A DNA stretch of 64,000 nt from an uncultured Nitrospiraceae bacterium (GTDB lineage: Bacteria > Nitrospirota > 9FT-COMBO-42-15 > HDB-SIOI813): positions 89,168 through 153,167 of the forward strand of contig CAZTAM010000002.1 of NCBI GenBank assembly GCA_964611625.1, read 5' to 3'. The position numbers were made by a program, and so were the translations under genes. The notes beneath the pieces are model-generated. The model was not told the DNA's origin and did not search any database. It worked only from the letters and a program-made list of their open reading frames with translations. Positions 17,748 through 26,994 of this stretch are shown one piece after another (position 1 is the first letter of the stretch; each line of letters starts with the position of its first letter).

Positions 17748-18074
17748 TCACTCCCCGGATAATGCATCAAGAATATGTTCACGCAATAATTTCGCAGCTG
17801 TTTGTTCCGCACTGACATTGTATTCGCCCAGCAGCATCTCATTTCCAATAGATGCAATCTTATCTTCCCTGACATCAGGTAAGCGATTGATCACTTCTCT
17901 AATCCTGCTGTATAATAAAGCCCGTCCTGATATATGGACATCATTACTTGCTAATGACCTGTTTATGTCAGAACCTTGTTTAGGTCTGGAAAGGGTCTCT
18001 TTTATGACCAATGTTTTTTCTGCTTCTTTACTATTAAGTACATTATTATCTGTTATCATTGCAGTAATCTTCAT
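17748..18074 (-). CDS. flgM: Anti-sigma-28 factor FlgM
   Basis: 108 aa with C-terminal ...NRLPDVREDKIASIGNEMLLGEYNVSAEQTAAKLLREHILD, an FlgM-like C-terminal helix. It precedes flgN-flgK. GAGAGG RBS. Confidence 0.75.
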   Translation of the reverse strand: MKITAMITDNNVLNSKEAEKTLVIKETLSRPKQGSDINRSLASNDVHISGRALLYSRIREVINRLPDVREDKIASIGNEMLLGEYNVSAEQTAAKLLREHILDALSGE

Positions 18075-18110
18075 ATAGGAAGCCTCTCATTATGAATGTT
18101 TTTCAACTAA

Positions 18111-18139
18111 ATATCGGTATGCTGGCATATAATGTTTAT
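18111..18139 (-). promoter_or_regulatory. Candidate sigma-28-type promoter upstream of flgM
   Basis: The minus strand reads TAAACAT-N16-ACCGATAT (6/8 to GCCGATAA). The spacing is 1 nt longer than consensus. It lies about 35 nt upstream of the flgM ATG. Confidence 0.3.
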
Positions 18140-18147
18140 AACAGTAG

Positions 18148-18441
18148 TTAATCACGTTCACTGGCATCAGAAGTCCACTGCCTGATAAGCAGTTGTGTGA
18201 GCCCCAGACCGCCCCCACCTGCTATTCCCTCGGCAACTTTCTCATCCATGAGAGAAGTATACACATCTCCGCCTGCACCAGGACCCAGTAGACCACTCTT
18301 TGGTACTGTTTCCCTCATCTTCTTAAGAAGATACGCTACAAAATATGCTTCAAATTCCCTGGCAGCCTTTTCAAAACCCTTAACATCCTTCTTTTCATTT
18401 AAACCCGGTATATTATTAATCTGCAGTTGCTCTATTTTCAT
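18148..18441 (-). CDS. flgJ: FlgJ-like rod-binding domain protein (no muramidase domain)
   Basis: 97 aa. ..AAREFEAYFVAYLLKKMRETVP..GGGGLG matches the Rod-binding (FlgJ N-terminal) motif. Nothing is fused at the C-terminus. Confidence 0.75.
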   Translation of the reverse strand: MKIEQLQINNIPGLNEKKDVKGFEKAAREFEAYFVAYLLKKMRETVPKSGLLGPGAGGDVYTSLMDEKVAEGIAGGGGLGLTQLLIRQWTSDASERD

Positions 18442-18513
18442 CGTAAAATACCACCCCCATCACGCTGCACATTTAGTTAATACTCATGAATATTGCCAGG
18501 GTATAAGCATCAA

Positions 18514-19623
18514 CTAAATTATTTCAAGGTCTGCCTGTAGTGCTCCTCCGGCCTTTATAGCCTGCAAAATTGCTATAAGATCTCTCGGCGTTACTCCTAC
18601 TGAATTGAGAGCCCGTACGACCTCATCAACTGTAACACCAGACTGTAATACCATGAGTCTAGCCTCCTGTTCTTTAACTGAGACCTCTTCCTGTGGAACA
18701 ATTACAGTCTTTCCCTTAGAAAAAGCATCCGGCTGTGATACCTCTAACTGAGTTTTAACCTGTATAGTTAGGCTGCCATGAGAAATAGCCACTGTTGATA
18801 TACGCACATTTTCTCCCATGACAACCGTACCTGTTCGTTCATTCAGAATTATCCTGGCAGGGGTATCTACCCTGACATCAAGGTTTTCAATGGCTGCAAT
18901 AAGCTCAATAGCCCTATTCTCATATTCAGGTGGAATTGAAATTACTACAGTACCTGAATCCTTGGGATAAGCTATCCCCTGCTTTAGATTTTGATTCACG
19001 ATATCAGCAAGTCTGACAGCAGTGCTGAAGTCATGGTTTCGCAGGGTAATATTAAGATCCTTTTTGCTGTTCAAATCCATCTCCACTTCCCTCTCGATGA
19101 TAGCACCATCTGTAATCCTGCCGACGGTGGAATGGTTTTTCTGGACACTGTCACCGCCTCCTCCTCCAACATATCCGCCGAGGGAAACTGGTCCCTGAGC
19201 AATGGCATATACCATCTGATTTGCCCCTTTGAGAGGAGTAAACAGCAGTGTCCCTCCCTGAAGACTGGTTGAATCGCCTATGGATGAAACTATCACATCT
19301 ATCCTGCTTCCCTTTTTCGCAAATGGAGGGAGTTTTGCAGTAACCATAACTGCAGCTACATTCTTAACACTGACAACTGACGGGTCAATTGTAATACCCA
19401 TTTTGGTCAACATTGATGTCACACTGCGGATCGTAAACTCAGTCCCTTTCTTATCACCAGTACCGTTAAGACCAATGATCAATCCATATCCTATTAATTG
19501 ATTGTCCCTGACCCCGCCTACGGTTGCTACATCTTTCACGCGGGCTGCGTGAAGCGGCACTGCGAATGTAAATATCAGCATAAAAATAACTATTGCATTT
19601 GTTATCCCCTTAAGTCTGTTCAT
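18514..19623 (-). CDS. flgI: Flagellar P-ring protein FlgI
   Basis: Signal peptide, then ARVKDVATVGGVRDNQLIGYGLIIGLNGTGD, the classic FlgI N-terminus. The start is at the internal Met (MNRLKG) at 19623. Confidence 0.9.
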   Translation of the reverse strand: MNRLKGITNAIVIFMLIFTFAVPLHAARVKDVATVGGVRDNQLIGYGLIIGLNGTGDKKGTEFTIRSVTSMLTKMGITIDPSVVSVKNVAAVMVTAKLPPFAKKGSRIDVIVSSIGDSTSLQGGTLLFTPLKGANQMVYAIAQGPVSLGGYVGGGGGDSVQKNHSTVGRITDGAIIEREVEMDLNSKKDLNITLRNHDFSTAVRLADIVNQNLKQGIAYPKDSGTVVISIPPEYENRAIELIAAIENLDVRVDTPARIILNERTGTVVMGENVRISTVAISHGSLTIQVKTQLEVSQPDAFSKGKTVIVPQEEVSVKEQEARLMVLQSGVTVDEVVRALNSVGVTPRDLIAILQAIKAGGALQADLEII

Positions 19624-19658
19624 TCTAAATTTCTCCAATCCACTCGATTCCCAGCTAC

Positions 19659-20321
19659 TTAAAACGGCCATATCGCATCCATTATCCTGACAAACCAGCC
19701 TACCTTTTGTTTATCACCTATGACTCCGTCACCTGTATAGACTATTTTTGCGTCAGAGATATAAGTAGACAACACCATATTACTCGGACCAATATCCTCT
19801 GGCCTGACGATACCACTGAGAGAGATAAGCTGCGTCTCATTGTTCACTATAACCTCACGCCTGCCGTCTATAACTAGATTTCCATTAGGCAGCCTGTCAA
19901 TAACCTTAGCTGTAAGTACAGCAGAAAGGTCACTGCTCCTCGATGTTGAGCCGGAACCATCATGCTTTTCGCTCGTCTCTGCACCTACCCCACCCTGGGA
20001 TAATTTATCAGGAGACATTCCGAAAAAAGCGGATATGGAAGTTGACAGGCTTGAGTCTTTTTCTGTTTTAGTAGACGCATTCTTATTCCCCCTTGAACTT
20101 TCAACTATTCGCACTGTAACTACATCACCAACATTGTGCGCCTTCAAGTCACCAAAGAGAAATCCATATTGCCTCTCTTCAGACCATAGAGAACCATCAT
20201 TGCTCGCGCTTTTGACCCGGTCGGCAGATACTTCTGCAAGAAACTGCCTTCTGTCTTCAGCTGCAGAGAACACAGGATACAGCGCAAGTACAAGCCCTGC
20301 CAAAATAACAAAATATTTCAT
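19659..20321 (-). CDS. flgH: Flagellar L-ring protein FlgH
   Basis: ..SLWSEERQ..FLFGDLKAHNVGDVVTVRIVES..KNASTKTEK is the FlgH family signature, with an N-terminal signal peptide. Confidence 0.88.
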   Translation of the reverse strand: MKYFVILAGLVLALYPVFSAAEDRRQFLAEVSADRVKSASNDGSLWSEERQYGFLFGDLKAHNVGDVVTVRIVESSRGNKNASTKTEKDSSLSTSISAFFGMSPDKLSQGGVGAETSEKHDGSGSTSRSSDLSAVLTAKVIDRLPNGNLVIDGRREVIVNNETQLISLSGIVRPEDIGPSNMVLSTYISDAKIVYTGDGVIGDKQKVGWFVRIMDAIWPF

Positions 20322-20333
20322 AATATCTCCTCA

Positions 20334-21059
20334 TCACCATTTGACATTAACCGTGCCATCACTGCCAACTTCACCAATAACCTCTTTCTTAGACTGCATA
20401 TTAGTTATCCTTACCGGCCGGCCCCTGTAGCCGTCCTCACCTGCTACGCCCATGGCAGTTACTCTCAGCGACGCTGATTCAGCGATGATAAACACCTTTT
20501 CTCCTCTTTTAAATAAAGGCGGTTCCTCAAGTATATTTTCAGTCAGTATTGAATTTGCACCAACAAATCGTTTAACCCTCTTTCCGGATATTTGATTAAT
20601 GTCATCTATGTAGCCTGCCGGAAGTCTTGAAAGGTCCTTTTTACCGATATAAATGTCTTCGTCTCCAACCATCTGTCTTTCCTTAAGTGGTTTAGACGCA
20701 AGCACGACTTCTACCCATACCTCAATCTCGGCAGTCACCCATGATGACTGGACTGATTTGTCAATATCCGTTATTTCCAGCTGGAATGAAGACCTGCCTA
20801 TCATAGAAGACGCCGGGGCTACTTCTATATGATAGTTCCACTTTTCCGGAAGAATTATCTTATTTGATACATTTACATTTTTAACCTTCACCTGCTCCTC
20901 TGTCCATGGAGTATTCTGAATTACATACTCCTTAATAATCTTCTCAACTTCATCTGTCAGTACTGTTTTAGTCTTCTCTGCTGCATTAACAGCACTAGCC
21001 CCAGTCAGTGCGATCCCGATCAGATAAAATACTGATATTATAATAGTCATCTTTCTCAT
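20334..21059 (-). CDS. flgA: P-ring assembly chaperone FlgA
   Basis: Signal peptide plus a C-terminal SAF-like domain, ..GEKVFIIAESASLRVTAMGVAGEDGYRGRPVRITNMQSKKEVIGEV. Confidence 0.85.
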   Translation of the reverse strand: MRKMTIIISVFYLIGIALTGASAVNAAEKTKTVLTDEVEKIIKEYVIQNTPWTEEQVKVKNVNVSNKIILPEKWNYHIEVAPASSMIGRSSFQLEITDIDKSVQSSWVTAEIEVWVEVVLASKPLKERQMVGDEDIYIGKKDLSRLPAGYIDDINQISGKRVKRFVGANSILTENILEEPPLFKRGEKVFIIAESASLRVTAMGVAGEDGYRGRPVRITNMQSKKEVIGEVGSDGTVNVKW

Positions 21060-21132
21060 TATATGCTTCCCCTATCCTCAATGCTTATTATTCATTACTC
21101 ATTGCCCGTAATTATTTGCCAGCTGGAGCAGT

Positions 21133-21921
21133 CTACCTTTTCAGATCATTAGCCGTACGCATCATCTCATCAGCCGTCTGAATAGCTTTTGAATTGATTT
21201 CATAGGCGCGCTGTCCTATGATCATATTAACCAGTTCTTCGGCAATATTCACATTGGAAGCCTCAATAAACCCCTGAGCAATTGTGCCAAATCCTGCATC
21301 TCCAGGCCCTCCTGTCTGCGCCTCACCAGAGGCCGCTGTCGGGATAAATAAATTCCTGCCAAGTGAATTAAGACCCGAGGGATTCGAAAACCTTGCAAGC
21401 TGCATACTTCCTACTTCAACCGGTGTTGGATTTCCAGCCTGCAATACTGATATTGTACCATTCGCACTAACAGAGACATTTATTGCATCCGAAGGTATGG
21501 ATATTGACGGCTCAACAGTATAACCATCAGAAGTTACCATTCTTCCACTGCTGTCTTTCTTGAATGAACCGCCCCTCGTATATCCTATAGCACCATCCGG
21601 CATTAAGACCTGAAAAAATCCTTCACCTTCTATTGCAAGGTCAAGGGCATTCTGAGTGTTCTGAAAATCGCCCTGAGAAAATATCTTCTGAACAGTTGCA
21701 GGACGCACTCCGGATCCAACCTGTATCCCAGCTGGCACCTGAGTCCCAGAACCTGACGGAGCACCTGCCATCCTGACAGTCTGATATAATAAATCCTGGA
21801 AATCTCCTCTGCTTTTTTTGAACCCTGCAGTATTAACATTTGCGAGGTTGTTTGAGATTACGTCGATGTTAAGTTGTTGTGCCTCCATTCCGGTTGCTGA
21901 TATATATAATGCACGCATCAT
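21133..21921 (-). CDS. flgG: Distal rod protein FlgG
   Basis: [35 protein letters not shown]. The C-terminus [18 protein letters not shown] is the rod/hook Flg_bb_rod family. An AGGAGGG RBS precedes the ATG at 21921; the ORF-track start at 21927 is TTG. Confidence 0.9.
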   Translation of the reverse strand: MMRALYISATGMEAQQLNIDVISNNLANVNTAGFKKSRGDFQDLLYQTVRMAGAPSGSGTQVPAGIQVGSGVRPATVQKIFSQGDFQNTQNALDLAIEGEGFFQVLMPDGAIGYTRGGSFKKDSSGRMVTSDGYTVEPSISIPSDAINVSVSANGTISVLQAGNPTPVEVGSMQLARFSNPSGLNSLGRNLFIPTAASGEAQTGGPGDAGFGTIAQGFIEASNVNIAEELVNMIIGQRAYEINSKAIQTADEMMRTANDLKR

Positions 21922-21981
21922 AATCAATTCCCTCCTTTAAGCATTATAACCATTAAAACAGTCTGATACATTCTGCAAAAC

Positions 21982-22703
21982 CTATACTCTTCCCACCTCG
22001 TTAGCCTTAGCTGATGTCTCATCCAATGTTGTCATCACCTTCTGATACGACTCATAACCCCTCAGTACGCTGATCATTGCGGCCATTTCTTTAACAGAGT
22101 TGACATTTGAAAGTTCAACAGCACCCTGCAGGACTTTATACCCGTCTGCAGCGTGCTCGTCGAGACCAATAAACATATTGTTCTGATCTTTTTGCAGCAT
22201 ATACGGTTTTTCAAAATCAACAATTCTGAGTTTGTTTATCTCGCTGCCATCAACTGAAACCCTGCCATCAGCGTCTACTGATATCTTTCCTTCTTCCAGA
22301 ATAATTGGTCCTCCCTCTCCCATAACCATGTGACCATCAACAGTAGTAAGTGCATTTGATGCATCCAGAATAAAATTACCACTTCTTGTATAGCGCGGCC
22401 CATTCTGCGTATCTATGACAAAAAAACCATCTCCCTCTATCGCAAGATCTAAGACATTTCCTGTCTGTCTGATGACACCAGTATTAAAATCAGTAAACAC
22501 ACTGTCTATCTCCGTATAAAACTTATCATTTACCGGAAAGGGTAATGTCGTCCCATTCATTGTCTCTGGTACATCTACCTTAAATACAGGTCTGTCAGCC
22601 TTATAACCTGCCGTATTTATATTGGCAACATTGTTGGCAATGATTGTAAGGAGCTTTTCGTAAGCAACTCCACCTGAAAGTGCAGGATATATCCCTTTAT
22701 TCA
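21982..22703 (-). CDS. flgF: Proximal rod protein FlgF (or a second FlgG paralog)
   Basis: MNKGIYPALSGGVAYEKLLTIIANNVANINTAGYKADR. A GGGAGGG RBS precedes the ATG at 22703. Confidence 0.8.
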
Positions 22704-22748
22704 TGATCCCTCCCTTCAAACATTCAGCAGACCTGAGTTGTGATAGTT

Positions 22749-22764
22749 AGCAATGTATGTACCA
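22749..22764 (-). promoter_or_regulatory. Sigma-54 (-24/-12) promoter candidate for the flgF-flgG-flgA-flgH-flgI operon
   Basis: The minus strand reads TGGTAC-ATACA-TTGCT, with exactly 10 nt between GG and GC (consensus TGGCAC-N5-TTGCW). The predicted start site is about 35 nt upstream of the flgF ATG. Confidence 0.5.
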
Positions 22765-23037
22765 TTTGTAATTCAACCGAAATAAAACATAATATCTTAA
22801 TGTTTATCGGTAGTTAGACATACGGCTTATCTCCGGGCATTTAACTGCAGCGACAGGCATATAGGAATTTTTTGCCGGGCAGCATAATCATATATGCCTG
22901 GTTGCGTACTACTAACTGTTTCACTGTTAACCTCGATATTTTATTACGTATCAAGATACATTATCATCAAATTACCTATGACGATCGTCGCAATTAATCT
23001 ACCTTTACTATTCACATAATACCATCCAGTAATTAGT

Positions 23038-23064
23038 TAAAGTCTCCTGTGACTTAACCGATAA
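23038..23064 (+). promoter_or_regulatory. Sigma-28-type promoter for the merR-like/motA/motB operon
   Basis: TAAAGTCT-N11-ACCGATAA against TAAAGTTT-N11-GCCGATAA (7/8 in the -10). It ends about 13 nt before the ATG at 23078, leaving a very short leader. Confidence 0.55.
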
Positions 23065-23077
23065 TTTCACCGTCATT

Positions 23078-23527
23078 ATGTCGCAAGAAACTGATATACA
23101 GCCGGTATATACAATTCGAGTCGCATCCTCTCTCACGGGTGTTTCTTCAGGGACTATACGTGAATATGAGCGTCAGGGTCTGCTTAGAACTCACAGGGAC
23201 TCTAAAAACAACCATCGTCTCTTCACACAGGCGGAAATAAAATGGATTACCCACATCTGGCATCTAATACACAAGGAAGGCCTGAATTATGAGGGTATAA
23301 GGCGGCTTCTTCTTATTACTCCATGCTGGAAAGTGCTTAAGTGTCCGACGGATTTGAAAAATATTTGTGAGGTCTATCTGGATTTAAAATCTGCCTGCTG
23401 GTCACTGGATACACTGCCAAAATGCTGTGTTATGAATAACAGGAAGTGTCAGACATGCAGGGTTTATGACTCGGCACGCGATAATCCATACTTAGTGCCG
23501 TCCATTTTTATAAAATCAGGGAATTGA
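23078..23527 (+). CDS. MerR-family transcriptional regulator with a Cys-rich C-terminal domain
   Basis: YTIRVASSLTGVSSGTIREYERQGLL is a MerR-type HTH. The C-terminal 70 aa contain 9 cysteines (PCWKVLKCP..ICEV..ACW..KCCVMNNRKCQTCRV). It lies immediately upstream of motA with an 8-nt gap. Confidence 0.6.
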   Translation: MSQETDIQPVYTIRVASSLTGVSSGTIREYERQGLLRTHRDSKNNHRLFTQAEIKWITHIWHLIHKEGLNYEGIRRLLLITPCWKVLKCPTDLKNICEVYLDLKSACWSLDTLPKCCVMNNRKCQTCRVYDSARDNPYLVPSIFIKSGN

Positions 23528-23535
23528 AATAGAAA

Positions 23536-24303
23536 ATGGATATTCTAATCCCTATAGGTATTGTATTTAGTATAGCAGCCATTCTTATCGGGCAGGCTTT
23601 GGAAGGCGGGCATGTCGGATCTATCATGCAGTTTACAGCCTTTCTAATAGTAATCGGAGGCACTATGGGGGCAGTAATGGTCAACTATCCCCTTAAACCT
23701 TTTTTGATGGCATTTAAGCTTGCTATCCAGGCAGTCTTTCCAGGAAAGACCGATTATGAAGCATTCATATCTCAACTTGAGAACTATGCACAGGTTGCAA
23801 GAAAAGAAGGCATTCTTGCACTGGAATCAAGGGTTAAAGACGTCACTGACCCATTTCTCAGCCGCGGACTCCAATATGTTATTGATGGAACTGAACCGGA
23901 TACTCTTAAGAAGATCCTGGAGATAGAGATGTCATATCAGGAAGAACGTGAAATGCTTTCCGCCAAGGTATTCGAAACAGCTGGCGGGTTTGCTCCAACC
24001 GTAGGTATCCTGGGAGCTGTACTTGGATTAATCCATGTAATGGAAAATCTTGCCGATCCGAGCAAACTGGGATCAGGTATTGCAACAGCATTCGTCGCCA
24101 CAGTTTATGGAGTCGGTTCGGCCAATTTGCTCTTCTTACCATTGGCTGGAAATATAAAGATAAAGATAAAAGGGAAGACTCTGATTAAAGAACTAACAAT
24201 AGAAGGTCTAATTGGTATAGCAACAGGAGAAAACCCAAGGCTGCTCAGGGAAAAACTAGAGGGTTTTATTGAAAAAACAAATAATAAACAAGCTAAGAAA
24301 TAG
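23536..24303 (+). CDS. motA: Flagellar stator protein MotA
   Basis: Four TM segments. ..GIATAFVATVYGVGSANLLFLPLAGNIKIK is a conserved MotA/PomA/TolQ motif. Confidence 0.9.
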   Translation: MDILIPIGIVFSIAAILIGQALEGGHVGSIMQFTAFLIVIGGTMGAVMVNYPLKPFLMAFKLAIQAVFPGKTDYEAFISQLENYAQVARKEGILALESRVKDVTDPFLSRGLQYVIDGTEPDTLKKILEIEMSYQEEREMLSAKVFETAGGFAPTVGILGAVLGLIHVMENLADPSKLGSGIATAFVATVYGVGSANLLFLPLAGNIKIKIKGKTLIKELTIEGLIGIATGENPRLLREKLEGFIEKTNNKQAKK

Positions 24304-24319
24304 TTGAGAATGGGGCCGT

Positions 24320-25054
24320 ATGCCGAAGAAAAAACATGAAGACCACGAAAACCACGAAAGGTGGCTCGTATCATATGCTGATTTTATCACACTACTATTT
24401 GCCTTTTTTGTAGTTATGTACTCAACATCATCAATAAATGAGGGTAAATACAGGGCAGTAAGCGAATCAGCTCAGGCTGCCTTCAACCCGTCGTCGCAAA
24501 CTGCAAAAAAAATTGAGGTAGGGCCAAAGCTGTCCTCCGGAAGCAAGCCGCAGGGAAAAGTTGAATATATTGCAGCGATAAAGGGTGTAATGAAGGATTT
24601 TGAAAAGAGTAAAAAACTGGTTATCTTTCAGAACAGCAGGGGAATCGTTATCAGAGTCACAGATACCGCTCTTTTTGATTCAGGAAAGGCTGAAATCAAG
24701 AGTGACGCAGTTGAAGCGATTGACAACCTGGCGGGTGTTCTTACAAAAATCAGAAAAGATATTCAAATCGAAGGTCATACTGACGACATTCCCATTAACA
24801 GTCCTCTCTATCCGTCTAACTGGGAGTTATCATCGTCACGGGCAACCAGTATAGTACGCAGGTTTGTTAATATGGGTATGGAACCATCAAGACTAACTGC
24901 TATAGGTTATAGTGAGTTCCGTCCGATAGCAGCAAATGACACACCGGAAGGACGCAGCAAAAACCGGAGAGTTGACATTGTAGTATTAAACGATAAGCTT
25001 TCGTCAGATGACAAGCACTTCGCTAATCCATTTGCTGATCTGAAAATAGAATAA
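24320..25054 (+). CDS. motB: Flagellar stator protein MotB
   Basis: WLVSYADFITLLFAFFVVMYS is the plug/TM region with the conserved Asp. The C-terminal OmpA-like domain reads IEGHTDDIPIN..NWELSSSRATSIVRRF. Confidence 0.9.
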   Translation: MPKKKHEDHENHERWLVSYADFITLLFAFFVVMYSTSSINEGKYRAVSESAQAAFNPSSQTAKKIEVGPKLSSGSKPQGKVEYIAAIKGVMKDFEKSKKLVIFQNSRGIVIRVTDTALFDSGKAEIKSDAVEAIDNLAGVLTKIRKDIQIEGHTDDIPINSPLYPSNWELSSSRATSIVRRFVNMGMEPSRLTAIGYSEFRPIAANDTPEGRSKNRRVDIVVLNDKLSSDDKHFANPFADLKIE

Positions 25055-25130
25055 TACAAATAACAGAAAACATGATATTTGAGATACTTGAGATGCCGGG
25101 CAGGAATAAATGCGACTGGCTTTAATAATA

Positions 25131-25436
25131 TTAAGCTATAATATCAATGTGTTTTAGTACATTCTCAATCTCTTCCTGATTATCTTCTTCCTTAGATTCC
25201 TTTTCATCACTATGTGATTCATCCCGCTGCTCTTTGCAGTCATCATTTACGCTTATTTCAACCCTGTCAGCCTGTTCCTTATCTTCGATCTTTTTTCCTT
25301 TGACTTCTGCACTCTTTTGTCCCTCAGATGTATACCTGGCCTGTTCTGCCTGCGCCTGCTGCTGCTGAACATGCTGAACTTTATCAACACCTGATATGTT
25401 AGAAACTATCTGCTGTATATTGCTTATACTTGACAT
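25131..25436 (-). CDS. Small acidic hypothetical protein (last gene of the minus-strand che block)
   Basis: 101 aa, Q- and E/K-rich (..HVQQQQAQAEQARY..DDCKEQRDESHSDEKESKEEDNQEEIEN). No recognisable domain. 15-nt gap to cheW. Confidence 0.4.
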   Translation of the reverse strand: MSSISNIQQIVSNISGVDKVQHVQQQQAQAEQARYTSEGQKSAEVKGKKIEDKEQADRVEISVNDDCKEQRDESHSDEKESKEEDNQEEIENVLKHIDIIA

Positions 25437-25451
25437 TGTACTTTATAGAAA

Positions 25452-25934
25452 TCACCTCTGATTTAAAAACAGGAGGTCTTCTAAATTTAACACAGTTATT
25501 AACCTGTCATCTTTTTTGCCAATGCCCATTATATACTTTGATCTCGAATTATCATCAATGGCAGGACAGGACTCAAGTTCATTTTGGTTCAGATTAATGA
25601 CATCTATCACAGCATCAACAACTAACCCTGCCAGTCTGCTGCCTGTATCAACTACGATTATTCTTGACGAATCGGTATGTGCTGAAACACTCTTTCCCAT
25701 TCTATTTCTTAGATCTATAACCGGAACAATCTTACCCCGTAAATTTATTACACCACCGACATACGCCGGCGCCTTCGGGACCTTTACTGCTCCTATGACC
25801 CGTATAATTTCCTGAACTTTCATAATATTAATTCCACACTGCTCATTGCCAACCATAAAGGTTACCAGCTGCACTACATCGTCTTCAATTGTAGTAGATT
25901 TCATGTTATTATCACCTGCCTCTTTTAAAATCAC
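25452..25934 (-). CDS. cheW: Chemotaxis coupling protein CheW
   Basis: LVTFMVGNEQCGINIMKVQEIIRVIGAVKVPKAPAYVGGVINLRGKIVPVIDLRNRMG is the CheW domain. Confidence 0.88.
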   Translation of the reverse strand: MILKEAGDNNMKSTTIEDDVVQLVTFMVGNEQCGINIMKVQEIIRVIGAVKVPKAPAYVGGVINLRGKIVPVIDLRNRMGKSVSAHTDSSRIIVVDTGSRLAGLVVDAVIDVINLNQNELESCPAIDDNSRSKYIMGIGKKDDRLITVLNLEDLLFLNQR

Positions 25935-26980
25935 AGCATATTTACAATCTCATCCGCTATTTTGCCGAGAGGAACTATCTTGTCTACAACTCCACTATCT
26001 ATTGCAGCCTTTGGCATCCCAAATATTACGGAGGTTTCTTCATCCTGCGCTATAACCTTACCGTTCATTTTTTTTATCATCTTCAGGCCCTCTGTGCCGT
26101 CCTGCCCCATTCCGGTCATAATAACACCCAGAGCATTTTGAGCGTACGTTCGTGCAACAGATTCCATGGTAATATCAACTGAAGGTATATGAACAGTTTT
26201 TGGATCAGATGTTAATCTAACAAATACTTCTCCAGTCTTGCCTCTTTCAACTATAAGATGGGACCCGCCCTTGGCTATCAGTACTAACCCAGGCCTTATT
26301 AGGTCGCCTTCCTTAGCCTCCCTGATCTCCATTTGGCATAACTCTCCCATCCTCTCTGCAAATGTTGCAGTAAACAACGGCAGCATATGCTGAACTACCA
26401 GGACACATGCCGGAAAGTTTTTTGGCAGTTTTGGCAATACATCCTGCAGGGATTTTGGGCCGCCTGTTGACGAACCAATAACCACAAGTTTAATTCTGTT
26501 TGTATTCTTCCGTACACTTGAATCAGCTGACAGAACTTCTGCCGGTCTGGCTTCTGTCAGTCTTTTCAGCTTATATCCGCTGCGTCCCACAAGCTTCACC
26601 TTACTGCAAATATCGTTTTTGATATTTGTAATGTTTACTATATTGCCGGATAAGTGCTTAGGCACATAATCAACAGCACCAATCTCGAGTGCCCTCATGG
26701 TTTCTCTGGCCCCCTCTTCAGTAAGAGAACTGACCATTATCACAGGGACTGGCATATTTTTCATAATATGCCTTAAGGCATCAATTCCGTTGAGCTTCGG
26801 CATCTCAATATCCATAGTAACAACATCCGGGACTAGGGACTTTACTTTAAGTACGGCGTCTTCACCATCTGCCGCCTCCCCGATGACAGCTATGTCAGGA
26901 TCAGAATTCAGCATTCCGGTAATTGCCTTTCTCATGAAGGCTGAATCATCCACGACCAGTACCTTTACAGGCTTGCTCAT
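25931..26980 (-). CDS. cheB: Chemotaxis methylesterase CheB (REC + CheB catalytic domain)
   Basis: The N-terminal receiver reads VLVVDDSAFMRKAIT...D. The C-terminal ..KLVVIGSSTGGPKSLQDVL..VVQHMLPLFTATFAERM is CheB. Confidence 0.92.
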   Translation of the reverse strand: MSKPVKVLVVDDSAFMRKAITGMLNSDPDIAVIGEAADGEDAVLKVKSLVPDVVTMDIEMPKLNGIDALRHIMKNMPVPVIMVSSLTEEGARETMRALEIGAVDYVPKHLSGNIVNITNIKNDICSKVKLVGRSGYKLKRLTEARPAEVLSADSSVRKNTNRIKLVVIGSSTGGPKSLQDVLPKLPKNFPACVLVVQHMLPLFTATFAERMGELCQMEIREAKEGDLIRPGLVLIAKGGSHLIVERGKTGEVFVRLTSDPKTVHIPSVDITMESVARTYAQNALGVIMTGMGQDGTEGLKMIKKMNGKVIAQDEETSVIFGMPKAAIDSGVVDKIVPLGKIADEIVNML

Positions 26981-26994
26981 TTTTTTCTTCTCCT

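Noticed and set aside
17645-17875. ORF 17645..17875 (-) overlapping the flgM/flgN junction
   Set aside because: It is out of frame with two well-supported genes, flgM and flgN, and its product is Trp/Arg-rich with no motif.
21630-21839. ORF inside flgG in an alternative frame
   Set aside because: It is embedded within a high-confidence FlgG CDS.
23720-24374. Internal and antisense ORFs within motA/motB (23720..23926+, 23906..24142-, 24105..24374-)
   Set aside because: They overlap canonical MotA/MotB reading frames and have no independent features.
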